A program made the translations under genes and the position numbers. A stretch of 64,000 nt of DNA from Azolla caroliniana. Its lineage: Eukaryota; Plantae; Polypodiophyta. Location: positions 5,580,001-5,644,000 of the forward strand of contig JBHGNT010000020.1 of the NCBI GenBank assembly GCA_043228905.1. The letters run 5' to 3'. The notes beneath the pieces are model-generated. The model worked only from the letters and a program-made list of their open reading frames with translations, ran no database searches and was not told the DNA's origin. Below are positions 1-13,467 of the stretch, piece by piece (the stretch's first letter is position 1; each line of letters starts with the position of its first letter).

Positions 1-129
1 CATCAGACATACGGAGCTCTTGAAGAAACTTGAGAACTCTAAGAAGATGAGGTTTGGAGGTCTGAATGTTGGATGGAAGAATCAGATCTGTGATATTCTG
101 ATTCAGAAACAATAGTGAAAGCCAGTTGA

Positions 130-2050
130 TGGGAAGAGACCCATTGACATGACAAATGAAGACTAGGAGATCTCAATCTACTTGTAACGTTGACGATCCG
201 ACTTCAAATCATGGATGGACATCTATTTTTTGGTAGTAGACTGCTGTCACATAGGGGAGATTTGGAAGAAGTTGTACGAGTTAGTCCCCTTTAAATCTTC
301 TCAAGTTACCAGACCACTATGAGTTCCCACATATCATAGGTCCTAATGGATTTGTCCCAAGTCCTAGGACAATTGGTTTCCTACTTATCCAATCCTTCAA
401 CCATTGAAATTAGCTTTAGAATTGGTTCCTAAGGTTTTTCCTATAACAATACTATGTGCGCAGCCTGTAGAAGGAGCTCCCAAAGTGTTGTAGCAAGAGC
501 CAAAGACAAGCAACCAAGGAAAAAGGAGAGTAAGACCTTTGAGAAGTTCAAGGTATTGATGGCTATCCGTGTGATCAACCTCTTTCCAATAAAACCGAAA
601 TGTCTAAAGGTAGCTCAAGTGCTTTGGATGAGTAAAGTGTTGCACTACAATCACTTGGAAACGTGTGTTGCACTATCCATGAGTAAAGTGTGCTGAGAAG
701 ACTGGCCGCTCTTGAGAAATAAAATCAACTGAACCAATCAGCCCAATGAAGAAGGCATTGGGTTTGTCAAACTGAAGAAGGAGGAGATGCTCTATAAGCT
801 GACGAAGAGCTTATATGCTCTGAAGCTTTCTCTTGAAAATGGTACTGGAAGTACAACTCATTAATGAAGTCGGAGTAAATTTGCTGCAACAATGAAGATT
901 CGTGCTTGTCTACAAAATAGTTGCAAAGATGGCAGGCTAATCCTGCTCATCTTACACAGGGATCACATGTTGATCATGGAAAAGTTAATGGAGGACATCT
1001 GGACTCTGAAGTTAAGCTGACGTAGATGTTTTGCATGAAGGATTTGGAAGGGGCAAAACATATCTTGGGCATCAAATTGCTTGAGACAGGAAGAGTCGGT
1101 GGATTCACCTACCACAAGGAGAGTACATTGCACAGGTACTTGAATGATTTCACATGAGTTGGGCCAAATTTCTGGGATGCTATGCTGATTCTGACCTACC
1201 TCATAGTATTGGTGATGGCTTGATTATAACACTATGCTGAACATATTATACGCAATGGGTGTGATGAATAGGTTCACGTTAAATCTCAAGAAGAAGCTTT
1301 GCAAAGTGGTGAAAGGTTTCATGTGATACTTGAGAGTACAAGGAGTGGGTTAAGTGGCAGTAGTTGGGTATATAGATTTGGAGTATGCTTGCTGTGTAGA
1401 CAGTTGAGATCAGAATATATCGTCAAGTTTGCAGGAGGTACAGTGTCATGGAGTTCGAGACTCCAGGAGTGCATACTGGTGTCAACAACGGAAGTTGAGT
1501 ATGTTACCACAAGTAAAGCTTGCAAGGAAGCATCATGGCTTTCGTACTTGGTGACAGAGATGGGAGCAACCTGCAAAAATCTGGTTTTCTGCAGTGACAA
1601 TTACAGCATGATCCCGTTGGTGTTGAACTCAGTCTTCCATATACAGGCAAAGCACATCAACGTGCAAAATCAATTCATATGAGACTGCATTGAGAAGAAA
1701 TGTGAGGATCGGGGACACACTGGGCCTAGGATTGTGAATCACTGACTGGCATCTTGATCATTGATCACTGATTGTGGGTCAATGTCAGAAAGTGGAGCAA
1801 GGATTGTGTTTCGAGGAACAGTGTACATGCCCATGAGGTGGGAGATTGAGTTTGGAGTTCTGACATCATCCGAATGTAGAAGCCAGTACTAGGTGAGTGT
1901 AGAGATGGTGCCTATACATTTAGACTATGTAGGGGTAACTGCGTGTATATAAGTTTGACGAAGAATTTTGTAAACTCCTAGCTGTAAATAGAGACACCAA
2001 AGAGAAAGGCCTATTGGACCAGCCTAGCGTGAACCCTCGAAACCCATATG
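130..2050 (+). mobile_element. Heavily degraded Ty1/copia relic (gag scrap, RT-RNase H, PPT, start of 3' LTR)
   Basis: ORF 1299-1682 has copia RNase H motifs (FAGGTVSWSSRLQ..VSTTEVEY..KHINV). RT scraps lie at 720-1250. A PPT-like GAGGTGGGAGAT at 1835-1846 is followed by TG at 1847. Both ends are approximate. Confidence 0.8.
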
Positions 2051-2094
2051 TATCTATATCTATATCTATATCTATATCTATCTATCTATCTATA
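2051..2094. repeat. (TATATC)n/(TATC)n microsatellite
   Basis: Directly visible. Confidence 0.9.
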
Positions 2095-2159
2095 TTAACT
2101 GACAAATTTAGGGCTTTGAATTGGGTTTTTGGAGCAGAGTTTTGTAGATTGAGACACGC

Positions 2160-5100
2160 AGACAGAAAGAAAAATATATTAATGTCTTTTAAGAGAAAAA
2201 AAATGGCGTATAAGACCAAAAAGCGATTACATCTTTGAATGTTGTCTCTTCTTTGAGAGAAACAAACCAAAGTAAATGTAACTAACTAAAAATGTAAATA
2301 CAATAGAATAGACGTGACTGAAGAATCTGGCCATGTATACATGTAAGATTCTCAAGTCAGATATGTTAGAATTTTTGTCTTCAAAAGATCTCTAGCATAG
2401 GTTGATCCAAGATGAAGGGGTCTGCAAAGTGTGGAAAGCACCTGCAATGGCAGGAGATCATTGTCTTTATATGTCAATGAAAAGGGTAGTGAGATCGTGA
2501 TCCACAAGACTGGGGCCTACTTGCATGACAAATTGCTATTGCCCAATTCATTGTAACCCTTTGCAATGTCCTGGTCTGGAATGCATTTGTGTAGCCCTTG
2601 ATTAAAATGTAGCATGAGTAGGAGTGGGCTAAAGAAAGTTGTGCTTGTTCTTTCTTGATGAGCTTGTGTGGGCATATTGTCGTGCTTAAACAACTCCTCT
2701 TGGTGTCTCTTGAGTTCTTGTAAGAAAAGCCACAGGCACCATTGGTCCTCATATTCCACTATTGTGAGTAGTGGGCCAAACCCTTGCTTAAAGAGGCAAT
2801 GTTATCTCCCTCTTATTTCATAAAAAACACTTAAATGACAAACATAGTGTTCTTCAGATTCTACTCCTTGATGATACTATTGGCAAATTCTTTCCTCTAC
2901 ATGTATTGGTGCATATCAGCCTACCTCAATCTCTAACTGATGTCAAGAAGTTCAGAACTGCACCACCACATTACAGTGTATAGGATAGATTTATGTTCAT
3001 ATAAGAGGTCCTGACGATGAATCCGTCTTCCAATGTGTGTAAAACGTGTCTCATATTGGGCCATATTCCTAGCAAGAGACGTGGCACTGATCAATCTTAT
3101 TTTTGGTTTCCAAGTAGATAATATCACTGTGTACCATTCTATTCTTTTCCACTTTGTCATGCCTAGGTGGGAATAATCCAAATGATATTGGAACAATGAT
3201 GATACATTGGAATGCCACTCCTAGTTATGTGTCGGATCCTGTTTATGCCACCTTTTCCACTACCAAGAAGAATTCCAGTTCTGATCTTGTTACCAATGGT
3301 TGATGGTGTTGAACATCACCACTATAGTTTTATCTATGTTTACTAACAAACCCTAGTTTATTTAAAATACTTTTAAGGTGTTTAGGTGTCTTTGCTGTTC
3401 TCCGTAGAATTGGAGATCAACACAATATCATTAGCATATAATACAATTTGTACGGCCATTCTTGCTAGGCATGGTCCCTAACCACCAAATCTCTCTATTT
3501 AATGTGATACGTGATCTATATAGAGACAGAAAAGAGTGGTTGATAGTGGTCAATATGTGATCCAAAGTTGCGAACGCCTTCCAAAACCCTGCCTGTGCAG
3601 CTGAACAGAAGCCATTTCTCTCTGCCCATATACTGAATTCTGACTCTACGATCAAGCCATATAGTTTAGCCAGGTAATGGCCAATTATGAATGTCCTATA
3701 ATTGCTCAGCATCATGGAATCTCTGTCCTTGAAGATTGGCACAACGGTACGTTCGGTCCAACTAGCTCTATGGTAGCGTTCACATATAGCTCTATTAAAG
3801 ATGTATGCTAGCAATGGGAGCAAGATATCACAGTATAGATTAAGTGCTAACCTATGAGTCCGTCATGATCTTGGGCTCTCTGAAATTGTAACTGATTAAT
3901 GGCATTGCTTACATATTGTGGAGTAAAGAAGGGAGATTCATATGGAAGAGTGGGGGCTTCCTGGGGATTCATGCCACACCTGAGATGAGGTCAGCTGTAT
4001 GGTAGTTTACTGTTCATTAAACATTTCTCATGCTCTTTTACTTTCTTGTCCTAAGAACAAGTGATACTTGTGCTTCAAATTTAGCTAAATATGATCTCTT
4101 CTTCCTTATGAGGTGTTGGAAGTTTGCCCTCAAAGACTATATATGCATGATCTACTGCCAAACCAATAGGTCTACGAGAGATACTGAACTCTATTATTTT
4201 GGATGTAAGAGACGGAAATCCCATCAGGTAATTGGCAATGTTTGCACCTCCTTTTGGGTTCCAACATGTCAAAGCATCTAATCTGGGCCATTTTGACAAA
4301 CCATTATATATCAGAAATCCGTGTGCCTTATGCAAACATTCACTCTATCATGGAGGTAATGGAGCACCTTTTTGTACAAGATAGCCACTCTCCCGGAGGC
4401 TCTAATGCGTCATGGTATTTGTAGTTGGGGACGACATAGTGACTCCCATCTATATCATTGTACATTGGGGAGTTTACGAGCAATGCATTAATCGTCTTTA
4501 ACATAGCAAGTAAATCTGTGTTCTTGAAGGTACCTTCAAAATACCTGGCATTTGTCCTTAGAGAGCCATTGCAATTCCATTTAGTCATGGGTAAGTCTCA
4601 CAAGAACCTTACACATGACTACATGTGTAAGCCATGCACCATCATGCAGCTTGATTCTCTGTAATAATGGCCTTATCATCTTTATACACAATCTATTTTT
4701 CTTCTTTTCTTGCGTAATCACTTGTGGCATGCTTTCTTTGCGATGTGCTACTTTAGTTGGAGTGAGATCGTCATCTAAATATGTTTTTTCACCCTTAAGT
4801 GCCCTTCTTTTGGAATGGAAAGCTTTTTTCTTTTTCCATATCCTTGAGGTGCATGCTCTAGACTCATTTCTTCACTCTCCATGCTGAAGGAAATGGAATA
4901 TCTGATACCTCGATCTTTGTTCCTAGATTCTTTGCATCATCTTGTGGGCTTTTTGAGCCCAACCAACCACTCGTACATGTAATGCATTAGCTTTCCTTTT
5001 GGCTTCTTCTAATGTAATGTTCATTTATCAATGTTCCTTTTTTGCTTTTTCGCCACCTCTATCCAAGGAGTGTTTTAAAATTCTTTTTGAGCATGCATTT

Positions 5101-5575
5101 CCTTGTTTAAATTTTGTGTTAACTATGGAGATACACTTTTCTGTTGTTTCGTGTCCTTTTTGTAACGTAGCTTTGATAGCTACTAGTTTGACCTTGTTTG
5201 AGGATATTTCATCCTTTGTGGACTACTCATGTCATCCTTGAGCTCTAAGTCTAATTACATTACAAGCCTCGTGATGTCTGTTTTTATGGCTTCTAATGGA
5301 ACTTGTATTTTCAGTGTCTTGTGTGCCCATGATGCACTACTCGGGGTGCTTCAATCCCGTCCTTTCGTCTATGGTATCTTCTATGGGGCATTCCATTTAT
5401 TTTAGCTATCTTACTGGGTGTTGAGATCGATATCTTCATTTGTTGTCCATTAGGAATCCATGGTGTTCTCTAGCTAGGACAGCGGGTACAAGGATCAGGT
5501 CAGGAAAATGTAGAGGGCAGTGGGAGGAATGCAAAGATTAAGCTGACATTGCAGAAAATGCAGAAAACGGAAACG
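2160..5575 (-). mobile_element. RTE-X-like LINE, old degenerate copy (copy A)
   Basis: Fragments are homologous to the neighbouring copy: EN N-terminus MTKWNCNGSLRT (4340-4588), LTCWNPKGGA (4081-4335) and RT QAGFWKAFATLDHI (3431-3823). A C-terminal HQLEIEVG..EERIC..VESEEHYVC relic lies at about 2800-2960. The 3' UTR 2160-2460 matches 5581-5900. Confidence 0.8.
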
Positions 5576-5871
5576 TAGAAAGAAGAAAGAAAGAAAGAAA
5601 TATTAACGTCTTTTAAGAGGCCAAATTGGCCTATAAGACCAAATAAGAGATTACATCTTGAGTGTTGTCTTGTCTTTGAGAACAGATCAAAATAAAATAA
5701 ATATTACACAGTAAATATAAAAGTAAGTAAGATGAAAAGAGAAGAACCGAGGGAATTTAGTTTTTGGCACATGTGAGATTCTCAAGTTAGATATATTGTA
5801 GCTTTTGTCTTCGAAAGATCTCTTGCATAGGTCGATCTAGAATGGAAATGTCTCCGAAGCGAGGGAAGCAC

Positions 5872-7935
5872 CTACGATGGCGGGAGATAATGGCTTTTAT
5901 TTGTCGATGACAAGGGTGTCGAGGTCGTAGGAACACCAAGGGCTTCTAGCCGTTGCATAAGCCGAGCACGTGGCACATTGTCAAAGGCTGTTCGGAAATC
6001 CACAAAGCAGCAATAAATCCTCTTATTGTGGGCTCTGCCCTCCTCAATAAGGGCCCAAAGGGTGAATATGTGATCCAAAGTTGTGAACCCCTTCCAAAAG
6101 CCTGCCTGTCCAACTGAACTGCAGCCATTCTGCTCTGCCCATATACTCAATTCTGATGCTAGAATCGACCTATATAGTTTAGCCAAGTAATAGCCAATCA
6201 TGATTGTCCTATAGTTGCTTGGCATCATGGGGTCTCCACTTTTGAGGATTGGTACAATGGTATGCTGAGTCCATCTAGTAGGGAAACCTTCACACATGGC
6301 TCTATTAAAGATGTGTGCTAGCAATGGGAGCAAGGTGTCACGGGCATAGATAAAATGCTCACCCACCAATCCATCATGATCTTGGGCCTTCCCAAATTGT
6401 AGCCGATCAATGGCATTTCTTACATTTTGTGGTGTAAAGAAGGTTGATTCATGTGGGCGTGAGGCATTCGGGTGGGGAAGAGTAGGTTTCCCCGGGATAT
6501 CATATAGAACCTTTGCATATTCATGCCACACCTGAGGTGAGGTCAGTTGTGTGGTGGGTTGCCTCTCATTAAACATTTTCCATGCTCTTTTATTTTGTTG
6601 TCCTAGGAACAAGCGATACAAATGATCTTCAAATTTAGCCAAATACAATCTCTTCTTCTTCCTTACGAGGCGTTGGAAGGTTGCTCTTGCTTGGTTGTGT
6701 GTATAAATGCCCCGAGTTACATCATGCTGCAAGCATCTCCTTGTATCACGACATTCCTCATCATACCAACTATTTTGTATTACTCTACCAAGTTTGGGGG
6801 GATTGGCCGTTGTGTGAGGGAAGGCATTTGTGGCTGCTTTATGCAATGATTTGGACAATCCTTGGGTAAGTTCTTCAAGGGGTGTGAAAGGATCTAAATC
6901 TAGCATGCCATTGTGTACACCACAATTATACACACCAATTGTCTCGTCAGTAAATAGATACTTAGCCAGCCCACTCTCCTTAGCATATACATCCTTTGTG
7001 CATCCATCCTTTACCTCGAAGCGTAGATATGCATGATCTGCTGCCAAGCCAATAGGCCTACCCGATATAGTGAACACTTTTATTTCAGGTATAAGAGATG
7101 GAGATCCCATTAGATAGTCAATTGTGCTTGCACCCCCTTTTGGGTTCCAACATGTCAAAGCATCTGATCCAGGCCATTGTGACAAGCCATTATATATCAC
7201 AAATCCATGTGCACTTCCTAAGGCTTGAAAGTGTTTTCCATATTCCGTTATAGCACTCATATCTTGAGCTTGTCGCTTTAGACCAACCTCTTCTGCCATA
7301 ACTTCTCCATAAACAGCCTCGTTGGTGTTAAACATAGTTCTTTGTTCATCCTTGGTTCGTGCATTAAAATCTCCTAATAGTATAATGTCCCCCATAGTAG
7401 CAAATCTTATGATATCATCATATAGATAGTTGGTGTTAAACATAGTTCTTTGTTCATCCTTGGTTTGTGCATCAAAATCTCCTAATAGTATAATGCCCCC
7501 CATAGTAGCAAATCTTGTGATATCATCATATAGAGGTAGATATGGTGATTCACCTAGAGGTGCAAACCTTGAGTAAGTAGGTGGAAAGTAACAAATTGCA
7601 ATATATAATTGCCTAAGATCCCCTCTTTTTATTTGTATCCACATGTAGCGCGCATCTACATCCTTATGGACAACATGCACTCGATCATGGAACTCCTTGT
7701 ATAGCACATCCACTCCTCCCGAACCTCTACTGCTTCCTCGTGTCTGAGGTTGGGGGCGACATATTGACTCCCATCTATATCCTTGTACCTCGGGGAGTTT
7801 GCTAGCCATGCATTGGTGAGTCTCTGTATACATAGCAATATCTGTGTTTTTCAATGTATCTTCAAAATATCCAACATCTGTCCGTAGAGAGCCGTTGCAA
7901 TTCCATATGGTCATGCGTAGGGTCTCATAGGCCAT
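5872..7935 (-). pseudogene. LINE ORF2: APE endonuclease plus N-terminal half of RT (truncated by deletion)
   Basis: 687-aa ORF with WNCNG, TETH, GDFNA, IDY and ADH endonuclease motifs, and NYRTI, QAGF and FVDF.AFD RT motifs. The YADD region is missing. Confidence 0.9.
7321..7534. repeat. 108-bp in-frame tandem duplication in the endonuclease domain
   Basis: GTTGGTGTTAAACATAG starts at 7321 and at 7429. The peptide LYDDI.RFATMG.IILLGDF.A.TKDEQRTMFNTN occurs twice. Confidence 0.95.
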
Positions 7936-7941
7936 ATATCG

Positions 7942-8462
7942 TCACACGGATCTCTTCTTTGTAATAATGACCTTGCCATCTCTATATACAACCCATTTTC
8001 CTTCCTTTCTTGCAACAAGCACTTGTGGCATGTTTTCTTTGCGGTATGCCACTTGGGCTGGAGTGAGATCGTCATCTAAGTATATTTTTTCACCCTTGAG
8101 TGCCTTTCTTTTAGAGAGGAAAGCTTTTTTCTTGTCAATATCCATGAAGTGGATGATAAGGGCTTTAGCTCTAGACGCATCTCTTCTTACCCTCCACGCC
8201 GAATATCTGATGCTCCAATCTTTGTTCTGAGATTCTTGGCATCTTGTGGACTTCCTTTTTTGGTCCAACCAACCACTCGTACATACAACACACGAGCTTT
8301 CCTCTTGGCTTCTTCGTCTAATGTAGCATTCATCATTGAGGTCCTATCCATGGATGTTCCTTTTTGCTTTTTCACTAACTCTATCCAAGGAGCATGTTTC
8401 GTTTTGGGCGTGCTCAGCTTGAGCTTTGGCATCTTTGGCCATGTTTGGCCATGTTTGCCCAT
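7942..8462 (-). pseudogene. LINE ORF1 (frameshifted)
   Basis: ORFs 8187-8462 and 7942-8268 end in KIYLDDDLTPAQVAYRK, a non-LTR ORF1-type motif. The stop lies 6 nt before the ORF2 ATG. A homologous stretch is in copy A at about 4650-5000. Confidence 0.7.
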
Positions 8463-10282
8463 GTTTGCATTTCCTTAGTGACATTGGCTTTCACATCTTT
8501 CCAGGAATTTTTACTGGGCAGAAAACACAGAGGAACAGATTTGGTAGAAAATGCAGGGAATAAGTTTTGGCAGAAAACGCAGACATTGACATTGCAGAAA
8601 ATGCAAAGGATTAGACATTGTAGAGATTAATGTAGTTTGGTTTGTACCTACTTCCCTTGGTACTGATGTGAAAAAAACTTCAAGTGTCTGTATGTTTATG
8701 CATATGCGTTGGCGTAGAGCTAGAATCTTGCTGCTGCTTGATGGCATTATGGGGGCGATGAGTTTTGTTCCTTAAAATCATATTTTTTAAGAGGGATAGA
8801 TTTTCTTCTTTCAATAATGTCCATCTACATGCATTTCTTTTGTTGTAACGATCACCCCAAAGATTATGATCAACAGGTGGTTTGCCGTCAGTAGTAACAA
8901 TAAGATGTGAATCTTGTGATTCAAATTCTTAATGTTTTACAAGACAGTTGTTTATGTGCCTGGGCCTTACACACAACAAGACTATCCTGGATTGTTTATA
9001 TGAAAGAAAATACTGAAGTAGTTAGGTTTGTACTAATTTCTAAAACCGTTTTAATGCAGGTTTCCCTAGATGTTACTGTGGAGATATTGGCAGTGATAGG
9101 AGAAGAGGATGGTGTTGCACGATGGCTAAGCTAGATTCTAGTGGAGCATTGATCATTGTTGTGGCCATGTTCAGGTGTAGTGTTGCTTTTTGTAGGTAGC
9201 TTTTCTGCTGTATACTAAACATGCAAGTATCTTTGTGCACGTTAATTACAATAGGTTTTCTTAGTGTTCTTTCTTGAAAAATATTGAGATATTAACTTCC
9301 ACTTGGTTTCTTTTAATATTTTCTGGTGAGCAAACTCTTCAGTGCATTCTTAGAATATCTATCTTATGCAAAAGTATTCAACCTGAAAAAAATCATTTCA
9401 CATACCATTTCTCCAGAAAAATGGAAATATTAATGCTGAATGCATGTCATTTGATCTGGTTCTTTCCTGGGGCTAAATCATGAATAATGCTTACGATGTG
9501 AATTTCTTATGCCTCAAAAATTTGGAATATTTTTCTTTCATGAAATGCTTCTGTATCTCTTCAACGATTAACTTTTTTGTCATTCCATTAATTCTTGGGG
9601 CTATTTCTCTCCACTCTTTTAGAAATCCTCTAGATACGATTGATGCAACACTCAAAATAATATATTGCCCTCGTACTAGAATTTATTTGACAAGGTAGAA
9701 GTATCTCCCCCCCTCTCATTGTGACAATTCTACTTTAGATTAACCTTAATGCATGAATTTTGTGATCCTCTTTCTATTTTAGGTTTGTATTTCCATTAAA
9801 TCACTCAATGCTTATCAGTATGCTGATCTACGTACATGCCAATAAACGGAAGAAGGCAGTTAGACTAGCTGACAAGAAGTGAAATGGCTGACTAATGGTA
9901 TATGGAAAATTAAGCATTGAATTCCCTGGGACACTCTTTAGTAGAAATCAAACTCTAAATGCATTTAGAAACTTTTAACCTCTTTGGGTTCCCAGTATTG
10001 AGTATCTGAAAAAGAATTCAGATAGTAATGTACATGATATAATGGTTTATTATGATTGGACAGTCAACTTTGTACAAATCTGCTTTTGACTATACAAATG
10101 ATGACCTCTTATGTCGTATTCTTTAATGAGATGGTTCTCTTTTCATTCTAGAGGTAAGATTAATAAGTAAGCTTGGATTTTGAGCCACCCTGAAGTTTTA
10201 AGCTATTTAAGATAATATTAACATTGGCATTTAAAATAGTTACATGCAGTTTGTTAGTCTTGAATCAGTACGTTAAATTATG

Positions 10283-10497
10283 CAAATCAGTAAAATAGTT
10301 ATGAGTTCGTCAGGTAATCTTGCAATCTGAGCTGCAAACGTTATGACGCTGAACTGGTAATGTTGATTACCTATTTGCAAACCTATACAAATCAGTAAAA
10401 TAGTTATGAGTTTGACAGATAATCTTGCAATCTGAGATGCAAATGTAATGACACTGAACTGGTAATATAATGTTGATGACCTATTTACAAACCAATG
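10283..10497. repeat. About 105-bp diverged tandem duplication
   Basis: CAAATCAGTAAAATAGTTATGAGTT starts at 10283 and at 10388. Confidence 0.9.
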
Positions 10498-10819
10498 CAT
10501 AAAACAATTGAAGCAGGACCTGCCAATAAATTCAAATAATATATAGATAGTTTAAATGCTCAACAATAATGATGTATGTAGATGTAGAGATGACACACTT
10601 GAAGATAGTGGGTTTCATGTTGTTGGGTGGTAAAATCATTTTACACAAATTTTGAGCCCAGGCTCGCACAATCGATTTGCTCTTAAAATAAGTGTTAAAC
10701 AAAATAGGACATTGTTAACATCTAAATGGCAATTATCACAATATAATGTTTTAGAAAAACAATATGTAATGGATGGCTTTCATGCATCATATTTTGGGTT
10801 AATTCTACTTTCTCGTGAT

Positions 10820-11760
10820 GTGGTGGGCCTGAGGGTGGGAAAGTGGCTAAAAGGAGGATAAGGAATGGAGTGAAAGCGTGTGCAAAAAAGTAAGAGACAG
10901 AGAATGTGTAGCATGTGGGAAAAGGGTAAAGCAAGGGAGCACAAAGTGTATATATATAATATAAAAAAATAAAAAACAAAAAAAGTCAATGGCCTAGTGG
11001 TTAGGGTCATTCATGTTGAATACAATCTTATAATGGACATATTCACATTAACCTATTGGATAAACTAGGTTAGGCTATTCTTGTAAATAGCACAAAGGGC
11101 ATTTGCCCTAGTTTAGTTAGAATATAACCAACTTTGTAACTAGTTTGTACGTTTTTGCCATTACTGGTTCTTGTTGATAGCACAAAGTTTGTATTTGTGC
11201 TTCTCTGTCTCTGTCTCGTATGCGTTTGTCTTAGACTTCTCTGTTCTTTGGTTTTCATCCACACAAACCTGTTGTTTATTAGCTTACAAGTGTTGTAGAC
11301 ATCTACTAATGGCGCCATTTGCAATAGTTGGTATTAGAGCGAGGTTTGTCCACTGCAGGTTGTCATTCGTTCTTGCAATACTTGCACTCCATTTCGCCTA
11401 CTCGCACTCCCATTCGACAACTACAAAATCATACTTCGTGAGAGAAAGAAGCACTTCCCTATTCACATTCATGCTCACTTTGGCTAGGTCGCACTTTAGA
11501 TAGACTAGATACGCTCATACCTTCTTTTGATCATAAGCACTCCGAGTAGAACTTCAAACCAACATACCTTCATCGAAATGGCTTCAACATCAGGCTCATT
11601 AGAACTGAGTCTTCGGAACTTTGACAACATCAACTTCAAGTTTTGGAAGGAACATATGCAAGACTATCTGATACTCAGGGGACAGATCGACCCGATCGAA
11701 AATGAGAAAGCTCTAGAAGAATATAAACTGAAAGAGTGGATGAAGTTGGACAGTGTAGCT
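10820..11760 (+). mobile_element. 5' end of a Ty1/copia element (LTR, PBS, gag start) interrupted by L1
   Basis: PBS-like TGGTATTAGAGC at 11329-11340. Gag N-terminus LRNFDNINFKFWKEHMQDYL follows the ATG at 11578. The LTR start is uncertain. Confidence 0.75.
11329..11340 (+). promoter_or_regulatory. Primer binding site, tRNA-iMet type (1 mismatch)
   Basis: TGGTATTAGAGC versus canonical TGGTATCAGAGC. Confidence 0.75.
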
Positions 11761-11812
11761 ATTGATGGGTGGGGGGTGGCGCCTCCCTAGGGGGTTGAGC
11801 GCGCGCGCGCTC

Positions 11813-11845
<33 letters not shown>

Positions 11846-12036
11846 CGCGATGACATTTCAAGAATAGTGTTGAAACATGTTTATGATGTAACGTTGTCCT
11901 CAGAACTCTGTTTTTTATGATTTTTGGCTCGTTGCGAAGCTCGTTCAGAGTTTGGATGTTACATTTCGTTATCGTTACAAGAAGCTACAAGAAAAAGTGT
12001 CATCGTCTCAGGTTAGTTCTTTCAATCTCTATTAGG

Positions 12037-13467
12037 ATGGCTGGCACAACAATAGGAAGGGAGTTGATGATTGTTGATGGATGTGGTAGTGATGATGGTT
12101 ATGAAAATTACAAGAGGCAAAAGTGTATTGATTCTACAAAACAGGAGAAAACATCATATGCTGCTATTCTTGGTGGGAAAGATGTTATTGGAGATGATTA
12201 TGATATTGACAGTCGTTGTGATTTTGTTAAGGCTTTGCTTTTTGATTTTATGGAAAAAAATGAGAAAGATGCTAAAGATTGTGTGGAGGAGGATCTTGTC
12301 GAGGTGGTGATGGAGACCAACTCTATGTTAGAAACTTTTGACAGGTTCTATGATCATGGTGTTATTTTGTATTTAACTAGCAAACTTCCTTTGGTATCAT
12401 GGATTAAGCAGTGGTTAAATTCATTCACAATGCCTAATTGTGTTGAGGATGTGTATGTGGGTCCAAGAGGTTTTTATGATGTAGTTTTTTGATCGTCAGA
12501 ACACTGTATGACTTTGATGGCAAAGGTACCAATCTTTTTTGATAGAAGATTAGTGCATGTGATGGAATGGGTTCCAGTGGTGGATTATAAAGATTTATTA
12601 AAACAACTATGTCCAATTTTGGTGACCGTTGATTGTAGTAACTCATTCTTTTGGGATTTACTACCAGGATTGATGTCCCAAATTGGTAAAGTTTTGGTTG
12701 CTCCTCACGTTAATTCGTTGAACAAATGCATATTTTGCATGTTATGGAATACAAGTTGTAAACTTTCAGGATGGTTGAGTATCGATACATCTCGATTTGG
12801 TCGATTTCGTTTTAAGCTTCAATGGGAAACTTTTGCAGGACATTGTTTTAAATGTGGTAAATTGGGGCATTTTATGGCTGAATGCCAATATCATGGTGAA
12901 CTATCCCTAGAAAATAATGTCAAAGGGAAAAATAAGGAAGATGTTGAGAAGGATATTGTCTCAATGGTTGATATGGTCATGGATGAGGGAACATCTCATG
13001 GGTTAGAGCGAGATCCTAAAGTTCATGGTCATATTAGAGGTGTTGGGGAGGAGAATGGAGTATGTAATAATGATGGCCCAAATGTTGAAGATGGAGAGTG
13101 GCATTAAGTGAAGCATAAGATAAAAGGGAAGGGTGTAGCCATACAAAGGGAATCAAAAAATACTTATGGTACGACATTACCAAAAGATAATTTGAGATTG
13201 AAGGAGGGGTTTAAGAAAAATCCTTGGCAAAAACAAGTGCGAAATTAGAGATTGTCCAACCAATTACAATTCGATTCTTCAGGAAGGGTGGTACGACCTC
13301 AATTAAATCAAGGACTTCGTTCTCATGGAGCTAGACAACAAAAACCTAATATTGGTGGAGGGGATGTAGTACACACAAATCCTTATGCAGCTCTTGAACA
13401 AGTAGTTAGTACATTCATGAATACTCTTGCTCATAAAGAGCAAGTTCTTACCAAAGGTGTTAAATGA
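12037..13467 (+). pseudogene. L1 ORF1 (DUF4283-like region plus zinc knuckle)
   Basis: One frame with three premature stops (12490, 13105, 13246). Contains CFKCGKLGHFMAEC. Confidence 0.85.

Larger units (their letters stand above)
5576..8620 (-). mobile_element. RTE-X-like LINE, younger copy (copy B) with an internal RT deletion
   Basis: Contains ORF1 plus an APE-RT ORF2 and a (TTTC)n-type tail at about 5578-5600. The RT breaks after CFVDFRTAFDNVPR and jumps at about 5930 to sequence matching the 3' end of copy A. Confidence 0.85.

Noticed and set aside
9060-9174. Possible host exon (TGCAG|...TTCAG|GT) in the AT-rich non-TE interval
   Set aside because: It is short, gives no recognisable protein and has no partner exons. 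It cannot be supported without RNA data.
10820-11760. Idea that this copia 5' end is the missing left half of copia D
   Set aside because: Its LTR sequence does not resemble the D 3' LTR (55793-55943 plus 61093-61223).
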